The notes: generated from the sequence alone by a model not told the origin. A stretch of 63,953 nt of DNA, filler included, from Rhabdomonas costata (GCA_019059605.1; 34 parts of 34 records of this genome joined end to end with filler, not necessarily neighbours in it), one strand, 5' to 3'; positions 23,733 to 37,504 are shown, counted from the whole stretch's first letter. Program-made: numbers and translations.

Positions 23733-26700
23733 GTGCACTTCTCCCAACTCCCAACTGCTCTTCCGCCCTCCTCCCCTCCACCCAGTTGCTTCGGTTTTGG
23801 CGCAGTTCCCAATGGCAAGCATGTGCTCACACCACCACTGCAGCACCCATTGCCGTGGAACGATATCGAGGTAGCTCTTAGAAACTGCAACGAGAAACAT
23901 CCATAGCTGCGAATGTGTATGTTTTGCTGGGCGCCGTTTGATTGGGCTCAAGAGGTGGACATGGATATTGTACATCTTCTTGTCGTCCCACTCATTGTTT
24001 AAACAGCAGAACAGCTTTTCCACCCTCCGTCCTGAGCTTTTTTCTGTCACGAACGTGCCTCAGTCCATCAAAGTACAAGAGATACTACCGATATGCTTCA
24101 GAGCAAAAATCGAGTCCAAAGCCAAATTATAACACCTGAAGTGGGCAGATTGGCATGTTAGCCAGGGCCGTTTTTACTGGGGGCATTTTTTGGCTTTCCG
24201 GGGTGCACGGTGTGTAGGAATTTCGGTGCCTTTCGCTCGGCGGGTTTTCTTTTGCAGGGCACCTCTTGGCTTGGAGGCTAATCTTGGAACGCAAGAAAGG
24301 AAACCCACCGTTGCAGCGCCATTGCCTGCTCGCCGCAGGTCTTGTTCCCCCCCCCCTCCCCAACCANNNNNNNNNNNNNNNNNNNNNNNNNNNNNNNNNN
24401 NNNNNNNNNNTTAATTAATTAANNNNNNNNNNNNNNNNNNNNNNNNNNNNNNNNNNNNNNNNNNNNTGGGGGGACGTGCGGTGCCAACCTTTGCCCTGGT
24501 GTGCAATCTCATTCCGGAGAAGCTCAGTGACCTTCTTCGCCACGGAGAGAGTGGGGGTGGAGGTCTTTTGAAGGTTTCTGGAGAAAAAAGTGACACCGGG
24601 AGCTACCGCACCTCACATAGAGAAAAATTTATTTTGTGAACGTGAGGTTTGCGAGAAAAACGAGGAGGAACTTGCCAAAAAGTCCGCGAAAGGTATGATT
24701 TTCCATGGGAACATCTGCACTACTGCGCACTCGCGGCGAAGCGTGCAGCTCATGCAAAAAAAAAAGAGGTAGATTCCAAGCCCGCCCCCAAAAGCACACA
24801 CAACATCTCCGTGCATACCCTTTCTTGATATCCAGGATGAAGTGCTCTGAAAGACGAAAACCACAAGCAAAGTGCCCTCAAACACCCGCGCAAGGAAAGA
24901 CCGGCAAATAATTTGCTCACAATCTATTCCGAGGTACCAAGAGCGACAGGGCGACGCGTAGACGAACCATGCTGCTACAAGCTACATCAGCACCACCACA
25001 ACCACATACATACACACACCCAAAAACTTTACGTGGAACTGTGAACCGTGAGCAGCTGATGGAGCAAAAGAAAGCTAGGCACCATTCTCCTCGCAATTGG
25101 TGCAGTGGTTATTTTTTTCGAGGGAGGGGTCACTAAGGGCTAAGACATATACAAACTTATACACATTCCCAGTCACCCAAACAAAAAGCTGAAGTGCGAA
25201 GGTGAGCTGGAGCAATACCTCGAAAACACCCCAAATACCGTATGTGTCGATCCATACGCAATCGATGACGACAAAATTGCCAAAACCACTCCAAGGCAAG
25301 GTCCCCACACCAATTGCTCCTACCACAGGCCCTCTCTCCATAACTTTCAAAACCGAAGTCGAAAGATTTTTGTTCCAGAACGACAGAAAGACCCACAGAA
25401 GGTAGCCGCACTATGATCATTGGATGTTTATATTTCGTACCTCACCGTTTGACAATGCTCAACCGCTAACACCCTCCCTCCCCACAAACAGCCGAAACGG
25501 AGAATGCATCACACTAGAGCGATGTGAACAGAAGAGCGACTTTCTGGACTTTCACTCGCTGCAGAGAAGGGCAACCAATACAAAGTGATTCACTGTATGC
25601 AGCGGCTTTCCTCAAGGACATCAGCCAAGGTCCAGTCGCCACAAAAGTACACAGCTGCAAACCAATCGTGCACCCCACAGAGACGCACACAACGCCACCA
25701 ATTGCCGGCGTGTCGCCCTCCTCCTCCGGGAGGAGCATCGCCGCGGGCACTGCGCTCACTGCTGCCACTACTACAGGGCCGGGCCGCTACTTGTGACCAG
25801 AAAAGACAGGAAACGAAAGCGGGAAACACAAAATTATCAGAAGCTGAAATAACGGGGACATGAGGTAAACAGCCAATTCTCGAGAGATTCACACTGCTCT
25901 GTCACAAGAAATCGCAACCCTGCTTCGTCCCAAAGATAGCCATTCAAAGGCAAATACGCTGGTTTTAACCCCCTCAGTTCTGTTTTCGCCCTCATCTTCC
26001 CTTCCTCTGTTTCACTGCTTCACAAAGCAGACCAGCTGGGCCTGATAGAAACTGCCTGAACGCGCAGAAATCACCGTGGTCTGTGTGAGGAACTCCCCTG
26101 TGTTTTCTGTGGTACACCACATTCTGGCGCAATTTATCCACTCATCTATTCGCCCCGCCTTATAGTCATAATCAGTTTGACACCCACATTCGGCTCACCC
26201 CCACTAGCCGCTGAGAGTATCGAGGAGCCCTGCCAGGCCCCCAACAACANNNNNNNNNNNNNNNNNNNNNNNNNNNNNNNNNNNNNNNNNNNNTTAATTA
26301 ATTAANNNNNNNNNNNNNNNNNNNNNNNNNNNNNNNNNNNNNNNNNNNNGGGTGGGGGGTAGCAACGGTGTTTTTACCAGTGCTAACAATGGTTACGATT
26401 GAACCCATACCATAGCAAGTCATAAAGGACACGTGGCGCAGGAGAGCGCATTTCGGAGGGTTGTCCTCCAACTTTACAAACCAAAAAAAAACTTGACCGG
26501 GATTGTACAGAACGAAGACAACGTCGCGCTTAAAGGAGCAGTCAAGGTAATAGGTACAGCAATAATCTTCTAACCACTCACACACATTACTGTTAACCGC
26601 TATGGTGTTCATAATGCAGGGTGGTTACTACAAGCGTTGCGTTCTTTTCCGCTTGGGGCAAGCAACGAAAAAGTGTTTAAAGGCCCCCGGGGCCGCGTTC

Positions 26701-27375
26701 CCGACTAGCCTCCGGCCCCTCAAAGAATGCTATCTCATTATCAGGATCAGGCTATCAGCAGTGATTTTGAGTTCTACCAACCAAAAACACTCATCTTGGG
26801 AGCACTTGCACAAATTTCCCCCACCCCCGATGTCTACTGCATCAAATGGACCCACAGTGGTTGGAATTTGAGGGGGCAGAACGAAACGCCCGCACATGGG
26901 ACCAGCACACGGGAAAGGAAGAAGATGGAGAAATAGTTTAGCGCAGTCACACCTCTGTGGCTATATTCCAGTGGGCGAGCATCTTGCAGAGCACAACCTG
27001 TGTGGGGTGTCAAAGCAGGGAGATTCTCTCGTCACTCGCACAAAAAGCCACTCGCAACAGATAACTTGTGGCGAAATTTTACTTCGCATTTTCTTCTTGT
27101 TTTTCTTGTATAACGAAACATGGGGATTTCTCCGCAAGATGTGTATCAGCTCATTGTGGCTTCTGAGATACAAGTCCCACAACAATCACCCTTTCTTGGG
27201 ACTTTGGAAGCGACAAAAAGCGCTGACCTTTTGACCTTTTGATCGATGCAGTGAAGAAAAGCTGCGGGCCACTACCCTGCTGCCTGTGTCCAGCCTCATC
27301 ACACGACTTCAACACAACAAGCGAATCAAGTGAAAAGACCCTGAATCTCCAACAAACACAAAGCAGAGCCTTGAC

Positions 27376-28128
27376 CTGGTTCACCGGGGAGTCATCCACC
27401 ACAAGGACTGGGGCCTTCTCTCTTTGGGTGACAAGCAGTGGCCCCTGGTCATCAATCACTCCTTCGCTGTAATGCAATGGCAAGGCTCCGTTAAAGTTCG
27501 CAGTTGCGGGCAACGCCCCGCTGGCTGGGTTCTCCATGTAGCCCTGCACCTGGGCATAAGTGGGGGGCTTCGGAAAGCACGCCATTCCAAGTTGAGCCTG
27601 GACTCGCTCCACCTCCCCCGAACAGACGTACACCATGGTGCTCCTGGCACAGAGATACCCACCGCGAACCAGCGATTCCAGGACGCCCTGATGCTGCCTC
27701 AAGGAGACGGGATCTGTGGCGTCGAAAAACACAAGGGTCAGGTGAAAAGGCGGGCTTCCCTCTGGCAGAATATCGGGGAGAGAGCTGAGTTCGCCGCACA
27801 CAGCTACCGAGGCTGCGAAGTCCAGTAAAAGCTCGCGCACACCCTCCGCTCTAGGGAGAAGGGCATCCACCACGGCAGCCGTGGGAACCTTGCCGCCAAT
27901 ATTGGGGCTGTTTTGGGATACCGCACTGGCGACCACGGGGAGCAGACCCGGCGGCCTGGTTGGAGAGGGCAGGGGATGAGCTGGGGTACTGACCTCCCTT
28001 AAGGGCATGGGATAGGTGAACCAGAAGTGAGAGCCCTGGCCACGACCCATACTCTCGGCGTGAATCTCTCCGTTCCACAACGAGACGAGCTCCTGGCAGA
28101 TACACAGCCCTAGGCCCGTACCCCCAAA
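27376..28128 (-). CDS. Hybrid histidine kinase exon (HATPase end to receiver start)
   Basis: FGGTGLGLCICQELVSLWNGEIHAESMGRGQGSHFWF (G2 box), then a long linker, then VLVVDDSPVNQ followed by the donor GTCAAG. Confidence 0.92.
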
Positions 28129-28237
28129 ACCCNNNNNNNNNNNNNNNNNNNNNNNNNNNNNNNNNNNNNNNNNNNNTTAATTAATTAANNNNNNNNNNNN
28201 NNNNNNNNNNNNNNNNNNNNNNNNNNNNNNNNGGTGT

Positions 28238-28278
28238 GTGGGTTCGCTCTCTTTCTTTGCGATCTTTTTTTAGCAGGC

Positions 28279-28333
<55 letters not shown>

Positions 28334-28386
28334 ACTACTTTCTTTTTCTTTACCAATGCACCTGGACGAAAGAAAAAGAAAGTAGT

Positions 28387-28429
<43 letters not shown>

Positions 28430-28470
28430 GCCTGCTAAAAAAAGATCGCAAAGAAAGAGAGCGAACTCAC
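28238..28470. repeat. Long inverted repeat containing (TG)23/(CA)17, running to the contig end
   Basis: Arms 28238-28351 and 28369-28470 are reverse complements apart from microsatellite length and one base, with a 17-nt loop. Probably a fold-back artefact. Confidence 0.9.
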
Positions 28471-28474
28471 GTAC

Positions 28475-29493
<1,019 letters not shown>

Positions 29494-29681
29494 TTAAGCA
29501 TCATACCCGTAGATTTTCTTCGCCATGGTGCACAGCGAAAACAGCAAGAGTGTCACAAAGTGCTGCGAAAAACATCAGAAATAAGCACGTCAAAGCATTC
29601 AACATTCACTCGGTTTTACCGCATAAAAGTTGGGGCGGCTTTCAAAAAGTTTACAAAAGCGATTTGTCTTGTTGTCTTCAC

Positions 29682-29682
<1 letters not shown>

Positions 29683-29719
<37 letters not shown>

Positions 29720-29963
29720 GGGCGCGTTGCGCGCTGGCTGTTGCCTGGTTGACTGGTTGACTGGTTGGTGACCACTGGGGACTGACTGGCGCACGCGCTG
29801 TTGGCCACAGGTGCTCGCGAGAGGTGCCGTTGGAGCGAACGGTGCCGTGGGGAACCGAAATCACCACCGAACGTTCCACATCTGGTAACCGCCCTTCTGC
29901 CCCACGGGTCTCGGGCCATTGTCGCGCAGCTGCTCTTTTCCACAGGCCACCTGCATTGCTCCA
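29683..29963 (-). mobile_element. (CA)n-tailed SINE-like dispersed repeat, long copy
   Basis: The reverse complement aligns by eye with 44124-44334 through ordered blocks ggaaaagagcagctgcg, cgtggggcagaaggg, ggcacctctcg, tggccaacagcgcgtgcg, ggtcaccaac and caggcaacagccagcgcgc, and ends in (CA)18. Confidence 0.75.
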
Positions 29964-30206
29964 TTGCGGCTCAGGTCTCTGCGATTCCACACTCCTTCCT
30001 TGGGGGGCTGGGGTCTTTTCTCGCGGGAACGCCCCTTGGACCTTTTCTTTCGGATGGGTGAACGGGCAGCACCGGNNNNNNNNNNNNNNNNNNNNNNNNN
30101 NNNNNNNNNNNNNNNNNNNTTAATTAATTAANNNNNNNNNNNNNNNNNNNNNNNNNNNNNNNNNNNNNNNNNNNNCGGCACGTGCAATGCGTATTCCTGT
30201 GCATAG

Positions 30207-31201
30207 GGTGGCTTGACAAGGAGGAGTTTGCGGGGTTGTTCCAGACTTTTGAAAACTTCGGCATCTACACCACGGAAAAGAAGGTATTGAGCTTTTTACC
30301 TCCCTCTTGGACGTTGTGCAGGGTAAACACTTGTGTTGCGATTTGATGTTTTGTGTGGTTTTGTGGTGGGTTTTCTGCCACAAGTGTGGGGTTCACGTAT
30401 CGCATTTCTCCAATTGCTCCTGGCCCCTGCTCAGGTCCGGGAGACCTTGCAGCGCTACAAGCGGCAAGATGATGGCCGAGTCACGTTCGATGAGGTTTCC
30501 TTTTCATGAGCTTGTGCCTCTTAGGTCTCCCTTAATATTGTTTCAGCATACAACAACAAGCTTACTTTGGGCAGGTTTCCATCGAAAATAAACATTACTG
30601 CTGTTTCCTCATGGTCTTCTGATTTTCCGGACGATCAAGCAAGAATCCATCGATCTTGCGGCTAAGTTCTGTTTGCTTCATCTCTCCCTCAGCTCAGCCC
30701 AGTGGAACGACAGAATTAGCGAAGTACAGAAATAATATTCACACATTGGAAATGGGTATTACAGCCAAGAGGGCTAAGCCCGAAGCAGGCCTGGGGTTTT
30801 TTGTATATACATTGGAACTATTTACGAAAGGAATGAAAAGGCGATGTGTAGGAAAGGAACTCAAACGAAGTCCTTTACCGAAATAAGGCACAGCAAAGGA
30901 GGACAAAGACGGCGGGTGGAAGAGAGGGATAACCCGACGACAACGGTTTGTATGCTTTCTAGTTCCTGGAGGGAAAGATAGAGAGCGGCGGAGGGGAAGA
31001 AGTGGCACAGACCTCAACATAGGAATTACGATTTCGTCCTATATGATTGACTGCTGAATCTGACTCGCTCAGATTTAAACGATGAGCATGCAGTGAAAGA
31101 AAGCCGTGCACGGCCGATAGCTCAGCTTCCTCTCTCGCCTCCCCCCCCCCCGCTCGTGCTCGCAGTTCTGCATCCTGATGCTGACGGTTGCCCAGCGATA
31201 A
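30207..31201 (+). CDS. Small EF-hand protein, I/6-autoantigen-like (last 3 exons)
   Basis: Exons 30207-30283, 30435-30494 and 31166-31201 give WLDKEEFAGLFQTFENFGIYTTEKK-VRETLQRYKRQDDGRVTFDE-FCILMLTVAQR*, all with GT-AG borders. The ENFG...F(D/E)EF.ILML pattern recalls trypanosomatid I/6-type proteins. Confidence 0.8.
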
Positions 31202-31836
31202 ATTTGGACGCGGGCCTATCATCTCCACGGACCTGCCTCCCCCACCCGCCCCGGGAACAAAGGGTTTTTGTGCTGTAACCCCTAAAATAGTTTTATGTGG
31301 TTCATGGTGTTCTCTCCGCGCAGTGTTATGGGACTCATTATCTTCCAGGGTCCCTTTCTCCTTCTTCTTTGTATTGTTCCTGCATGTTTTGTTGTCCGCG
31401 CCGGGTTAAGCGACTGACGTATGCTTGTCCTTGTGGCCATCATGTGTTGGTGTTTCTGTTTTGCAATTTTGGTGTGGGGGCTGGGTTCTTGTTTTGAGGA
31501 AACTTATCCCCTTTTTCACAACAACAGAAAAATATTTGAATCGCCTGGGTGACGTTCGCGTACCCTGACGTTGTCAGATCACCACAACAGTAAAACGTTG
31601 GAGATTTACTAAAAGCAGTCTTCGTTTTTACCCGTTCAACTATCAGCAGCGCGGATCCGATTTCACTCGTTTTTCGCCATTTTTAGTATTCTAAGACTCA
31701 TCGGCGTTCTCTTTTTTCTCCAGCGGGCGGCCAATTTGGAGCCCTTCTTTTCTTTTTGTCAGTTTGGCAGAGGCTCTACCTCTCGTCTCTGGTGGGGTGT
31801 GCGTGTGTTTTATTGTGGTTGAGCTGAGCGGCGAGA

Positions 31837-31953
31837 ATGAGACTCAGTGCGGAGGTTGCAGGGCTGCTGGCTGGGGGTATGGCGGTGCTCGCGTTGATTT
31901 TGGTCCAGCGAAAGAGGAAGGCCGCTCGAAAGAAGAAGAAGACGTATTACAAA
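31837..31953 (+). CDS. N-terminus of a signal-anchored protein
   Basis: MRLSAEVAGLLAGGMAVLALILVQRKRKAARKKKKTYYK is a hydrophobic helix followed by a basic patch. A polypyrimidine tract plus AG lies upstream at 31741-31762. Confidence 0.5.
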
Positions 31954-32500
31954 CCCACNNNNNNNNNNNNNNNNNNNNNNNNNNNNNNNNNNNNNNNNNN
32001 NNTTAATTAATTAANNNNNNNNNNNNNNNNNNNNNNNNNNNNNNNNNNNNNNNNNNNNGGGGGGGGCGGTTCACATGATGGACCCCGATGGTGTTGGTGG
32101 TGGTGGGTTCCAGCAGACAGTAATGCCCTGACTGCATGGCAGCGGCATTCCAAAAAGCCTAAAAAGGCGCCCAAAAGACCGCAGCAGAGTTCTAGTATGA
32201 CATCATGAGGCATGCGCACATTCAGACAGTAGCGCTACAATAGTGAAGGGAAGCCGAAGGGCTTGGGGCAAGCGACGATTGAGCCGACCCTTCCCGACCC
32301 TTCCCAGCCACGCTGACGGTAACAGGGCCGCCAACCCTTTGCCACTGTTTTGCAGCTCAATTTCAGCAATGTAAACAGGTGCTAGATTTGTTGGGCTGCC
32401 CCTTGGCGGAAACCCGTGGCTCCGTTCCCAACCCCTCAAGGAGAAAAGAGGCAATAGGATATTTGTTGGCTGCTACACAGGCGTGAAAAGGCACTCTAAC

Positions 32501-32621
32501 CCTTGGCCAGGTCGGCGTTGATCTTGGCCATGCCCTGCGGGGTAAGCATCCTGAGCATCTGGCGCTCCTCTTCTCGGTGGTCCCCGGGAAGCGCGGCCAA
32601 AAGCTCCTCCAGCGCGTGCAT
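32501..32621 (-). CDS. Probable first exon, unknown protein
   Basis: MHALEELLAALPGDHREEERQMLRMLTPQGMAKINADLAK, GC3-rich codons, followed by donor GTTAGA. Confidence 0.45.
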
Positions 32622-33940
32622 TCTCGCTCGTTCACAACAAAAAACAGAAACGGTGTGTGTGGACGTTTGTGCGTGCGTGAGTTCGTACGCTCGTGTCAGG
32701 GAGGGGGGGAAAAGTAAAAAGAAGACTGAGAGGACGAAATCCCATCCCCCGACTCATGATTTTAGCTGTGATTCATCACACGCTCAGACGCTTGCCACAA
32801 CTTCGAACTTTCGGGCGTCCTCGGGGTTTTCTTTTCTTTTACTGGATGCCGAATACACGACGATACTGAAGCAACTGTGCCATCACTGGCTCGTTGCGAT
32901 GGCTGTGCACAAAAAACCCGGCAAATCATCAACAGAAAAATACTAAACCGGATCCTCCTCCACCCATCGCGCAGTGCCGCAATCAATATACCATTATCAT
33001 TGATGGCAGTGGGCGTCTGCGTCGGAGATAGGTTCAGAGTAGTCGTAGTCCTGGCTTTTGGAACTTCCCGAACGAAATTCCTTGGGTGGGCTATCCATGG
33101 TGACGTGGTGACGTGAATAGCGCATGCAACAGAAGGGAAAGTGAACGTGCCACAGCGGGAGGTCCATACCATTCGTCACACTCGACATAAAAGCTGAAGA
33201 AAGCACAAGCACACCACCCTACTAGGGGGGGGGATGTGACAAAAGGAATAGGAACTGTAAAGAAAACAGTGAAAAGGGACCCGGGGAGCTTTTTTGTTTG
33301 GCACAGTAGAGAGAAACCTCGGGTAAGGTACAAGGAAACCTGGGAAAAAATGGAGCGAGTTTTCGCTCATGTACTGGGGGGTACACAAAGCGTTGCCGGA
33401 GATGGCAGCTTTATACCCGAACCTTTGAACGATTTGAACGCGCGCACACCAAATGGAATCCCAATGCTCTTTCAGACACCCACGTCACTGCCGAAAAGAA
33501 AGAGAGAGAGAGAGAACCAGAAGGCAGGAAAGGAGGCGGTCTGCCTGCTCCCTTTTCCAACAACTATCAGAAAAGATATGGTCTAAGGCACTAAAAGCGC
33601 AGGGAAAGTGGCGAAACAGAGGAGTGTACAAAGAGTGAGCCTTCCGTCCACCACGGCGACGCTAGGGAAGCGTCCTCTTGGAAAAACTCACTCCACCTAA
33701 CCGCAGTGAGACCCCAACCCCTCCCGAGAATCTTGGAAACATCACACTCTCCACACACCTATCGCAAAAGAGTAGCAGCCAGGGAACTCCGATCCACACA
33801 ACAGCTGCTGCTCAAGCCCATGAAAGTCTTCCACCCCCCCNNNNNNNNNNNNNNNNNNNNNNNNNNNNNNNNNNNNNNNNNNNNTTAATTAATTAANNNN
33901 NNNNNNNNNNNNNNNNNNNNNNNNNNNNNNNNNNNNNNNN

Positions 33941-34440
33941 TTGTTTGGCCCCAATACAATTGTCCCTTGGGGCGACGAGAACTCACGAGGGTACAGGGGC
34001 GACGCAAAATCCACCTCAATTCTCTCCTCAGGCCCGGGCCCGATCGACGACCGGCAGGGAATGGGCGGTGGGGTGACGTGCAGCGCGGTGCACTCGGCGT
34101 CCTCTCGTATCTCCTCCACAATCTCACTCCCCAGCTCGCTACCCGGCCCACTCTCCGAGCTACGCGAGCTTCGGGGCACGCTCTGGTCGTCATCGCTATC
34201 CACACTTTCCGAGGGATGGATCAGGGACCCAAAGCATCTGAACTCCCCGTCCGGGTCATCAAAGTCGGCGTCGCAGCATCGGCCGTGCGGGGCGGAGAGC
34301 CCCCCGAGGTCCTCCTCTACCATGTCAAAGCTGGCGCTGGGCCGCTGGCAGCACATCTCGGAGTCTGAGCCGCACTCGGCATCGAAGGGGTCTGGGGACT
34401 TTCCCAGCGGCTTGCTCCGTGGGAGGGCCGCGGAAGTCAT
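33941..34440 (-). CDS. Probable first exon, acidic low-complexity protein of unknown function
   Basis: GC-rich open frame from ATG 34440 (MTSAALPRSKPLGKSPDPFDAECG...) to the contig edge, with an upstream pyrimidine tract and AG at 34503-34502. Confidence 0.5.
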
Positions 34441-35984
34441 CCGCCCAAAGAGGATCCAGCACCGCAATGCGGCAACGGGGGAAAGACCATGGACACACCA
34501 GCTACATCGCGGTGAGGTTCACAACAAAAAGAATCGAATACAGAAAAACAAACACAAAAGAGTCAGCAACACGACAAGTTGAAGCTGGTAAGGAAGAAAA
34601 GGATGAACAATAAGCTTGGTCCTTCGATTATTGAATTCAAATATTACATTCGTGCCCTCGGTGTACATGTTTCGGTCGAAAATAGTGAGACAACGACAGG
34701 ACTCTACAATCCGGGTGGACTTCGGCGATCTCGACATAAAACGGCGAACATTCCACTGCGACAAACCGCAGAGTAATTTGACTTGGCCGTCACGTCAGCG
34801 TCACCACGGGAACATCCTCTAGACGTTGCCCCTGCTAAGTTTTTACATGCTGGGTTTTCACATTCCTAGTCTCACTGTTCCTCCCCATATGTCCTCACCT
34901 GTAATGTGAGCCTTTGGGATTTTCCAAGTTTCTGTCTCTTTGGCCGGATCCAACATATTTCACACTCGAAAGAAATAATGACCGCAACTCAACAGCAGCA
35001 ATGGGTGTCATATTCTCTGCGTCAGTCCAGTGCATGCACCGTCGCAATGTAATTGTCGGAATTAGATTTGCAGTGCATCTTGATCCATACGCGGCATTTC
35101 GCATTTCCCAGAGGTATGGGTGACCGATTACAAAAATACTCGCCATTTGGACCTATCTCCGATTCCCAGTCAAAGGAAAGCGCCTTTCGTCACACAGGGG
35201 TATATGTTCCGCAGAATAGCGCCACTGACGTCCTCAAAGAATAAAGAGGGAGAATACAGAATGAGAGATAGATGCTTGGCAGACACTTTTGCTCCTCAAC
35301 TTAGCGCGCGGAAACAGCCAAGATCTCGAGCCAAAATAGAGATCTCGTTCCCAACGCTTACATCCAACCCTCGAGGGGCAGGAGGCGAGGTGCGAAATCA
35401 TTGCAGCATCACAGAAGTTAGCGGGGAGGGCCGATAAAAGCAGAATAGAAAAGTAGGTTAAAACAGAGCCAACTAACTTCCCAGTGTGACATAAAGCGAA
35501 CAACAAACAAGATGAAAAAAGGGACTATCTCTATTCCTATGTCCCCACAGCCTGGGCGTGGGACAAAACAATAAAAAAGAAAGCACGTAAAAAAGAGATA
35601 CGCGAGGGAAACTTTCCGCACACAAGTATTGCAGTGCCAGCTAACTTGCACACACACACACACAGCAACAACGAGGCGACATGAAGACCGGTGTGGAGAC
35701 ACGAGAAGTGTTCCTCTGCACCNNNNNNNNNNNNNNNNNNNNNNNNNNNNNNNNNNNNNNNNNNNNTTAATTAATTAANNNNNNNNNNNNNNNNNNNNNN
35801 NNNNNNNNNNNNNNNNNNNNNNGGTTTGGGGGAAGTGCACCTCAGAAAATTCTACTGAGCAAGCGACTGGGGCTAACTTCAGTTTCAATTGAAACCAACA
35901 ACTGAAACAGTTTGCGAAAGGAAGGCAGGGAGGCATGGAGCGTAGGTATATGAGGAATGTGTAACTTGTGAGGTCGGGTGGAAA

Positions 35985-37504
35985 TTAAATGGATGGTGTC
36001 GATGAGATGCGCTCTTTCCGGGAAAGTGGGTCCGCGGGGTTGTGGGATGGTGGCACATGCACCACTTGCATGTCCATATTTTTTGCGAAACAGAGGCTAA
36101 GTATGCTGCGCAAAATTGGGGGCTCTATGGGGAGTGAGAAAAGTAACCCGACCGGTTTGCAGACTGAAAAAATAAAAGAGATTGTTGGTAAAACATGCCC
36201 GTTGAAGAGAGCGGATGGAGACCTTACGGAGAGCATGGAATGCATAGAGCTCAGCGTCTTGCTGAAAGCTCGACCATGCGGGGACCTGGACAGTGGTCGC
36301 AAAGAAATGGCGGAATGCAGACACTAGAAAGGTGGAACCAAATGGCGCAGCGTTTAAAAACTGGAGGCATGGTTATTTGTGGAGGAATGGGTCGGGGACG
36401 GGATGGAAGCAGTGTATAAAACATGCCGTAAGAAGGAAAGAGAAGATGCGGAGAGGTAGAAGAGAACCACCTGGAGTGGAAGTGCAGAGAGGTGTACACG
36501 GGAGCCAATCTGGGTCCCACAGGATAGCAAGAAGATGCCATCCATTGCAGCAAACCAATCACACGTTGTAGAAAACGAAAAGTGCAGCAGCGTGTGCGCA
36601 GAAAACAAATGTCAGTGAGGGTTTGGCCCATGAAAGGAAGGTAGAGTTTTTCCGAGCCACGTGAGCGAAGAGGTTGGTGTCAGTTGGAATTTGGCGATCA
36701 TAATTTAGCCGGAATTTTCGAGAAGAAAACCAGCGTAGTGGGTAAGGAAGACAAGATAGTGTAGATCTGTATGTGCAATAAGTAGGTCAATGTAAATCCA
36801 TACCAAGGGTGCGATGGTGAAAAGCGGCTGGAGGCAAATTATATGGGCGAGGTACGGACTCCAACGCCAGCCGCGTTGTGGGAATCAACTGTAAAGCAAA
36901 AGACACCGGAGACGGATGGAGGAAGGTTGATGGACCAAGAGCAATTCTTAAGGTTCAGTTTTGTGAAGAAAAGATTGGCAAAGTTGCGTGTTGGTAGCAG
37001 CGAAGCAACCGAGGGAAGGGAGAATTGAGGTGGTGTGGGCCATGTCAAATTGTAAGCGGGAATGTTTGCGAGCAAGCGAGCTTGTGCTTTTTATTTTTAT
37101 GAAAGGAAGAGGGGAGAGCACAAAACTGTGTACGGAAGACGAAAAAGGAAGTTGGATTTGGAGATCGGCGTACGCTGCGGATGAGAGGGACCACTTTGGT
37201 AGCGGGGTGTGAGGAAGAATGGCAGTAGGCAAACGAAGCTTAATCCACAACTCGTCGGGCACGTTTGCGTACCCTCGTGGTCCGATCCCCAGCTTCAGGA
37301 TGAGATGGTTTTAGGCTAGTATATATGGATTCCATGGAGTTGTCGGATGAGCTGTCAGCTGATTTAGCAAGGCCGTTATTGTGGGGTTCTGAGTGACGGT
37401 GGTTGGGAGCAGTTTCAGACTGAGCGCGATAGCGCGGAGTGCCAGCGAGTTTTGACGGGGGTATATTTCGTGTAGGTCTTGTGGTAGGTTGACAAGCGGC
37501 TGTA
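35985..37504 (-). mobile_element. Degenerate RT-RNase H retroelement of DIRS/VIPER/Ngaro (tyrosine-recombinase) type
   Basis: Ordered motifs across frameshifts: PFIKIK, NLTWPTPPQFSLPS, FFTKLNLKNCSWSINLP, GWRWSP, WIYIDLLIA (36794-36786, YIDD lacking one D), GLLQW, QQDAELYA, VVHVPPSHNPADPLSR. Confidence 0.8.
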
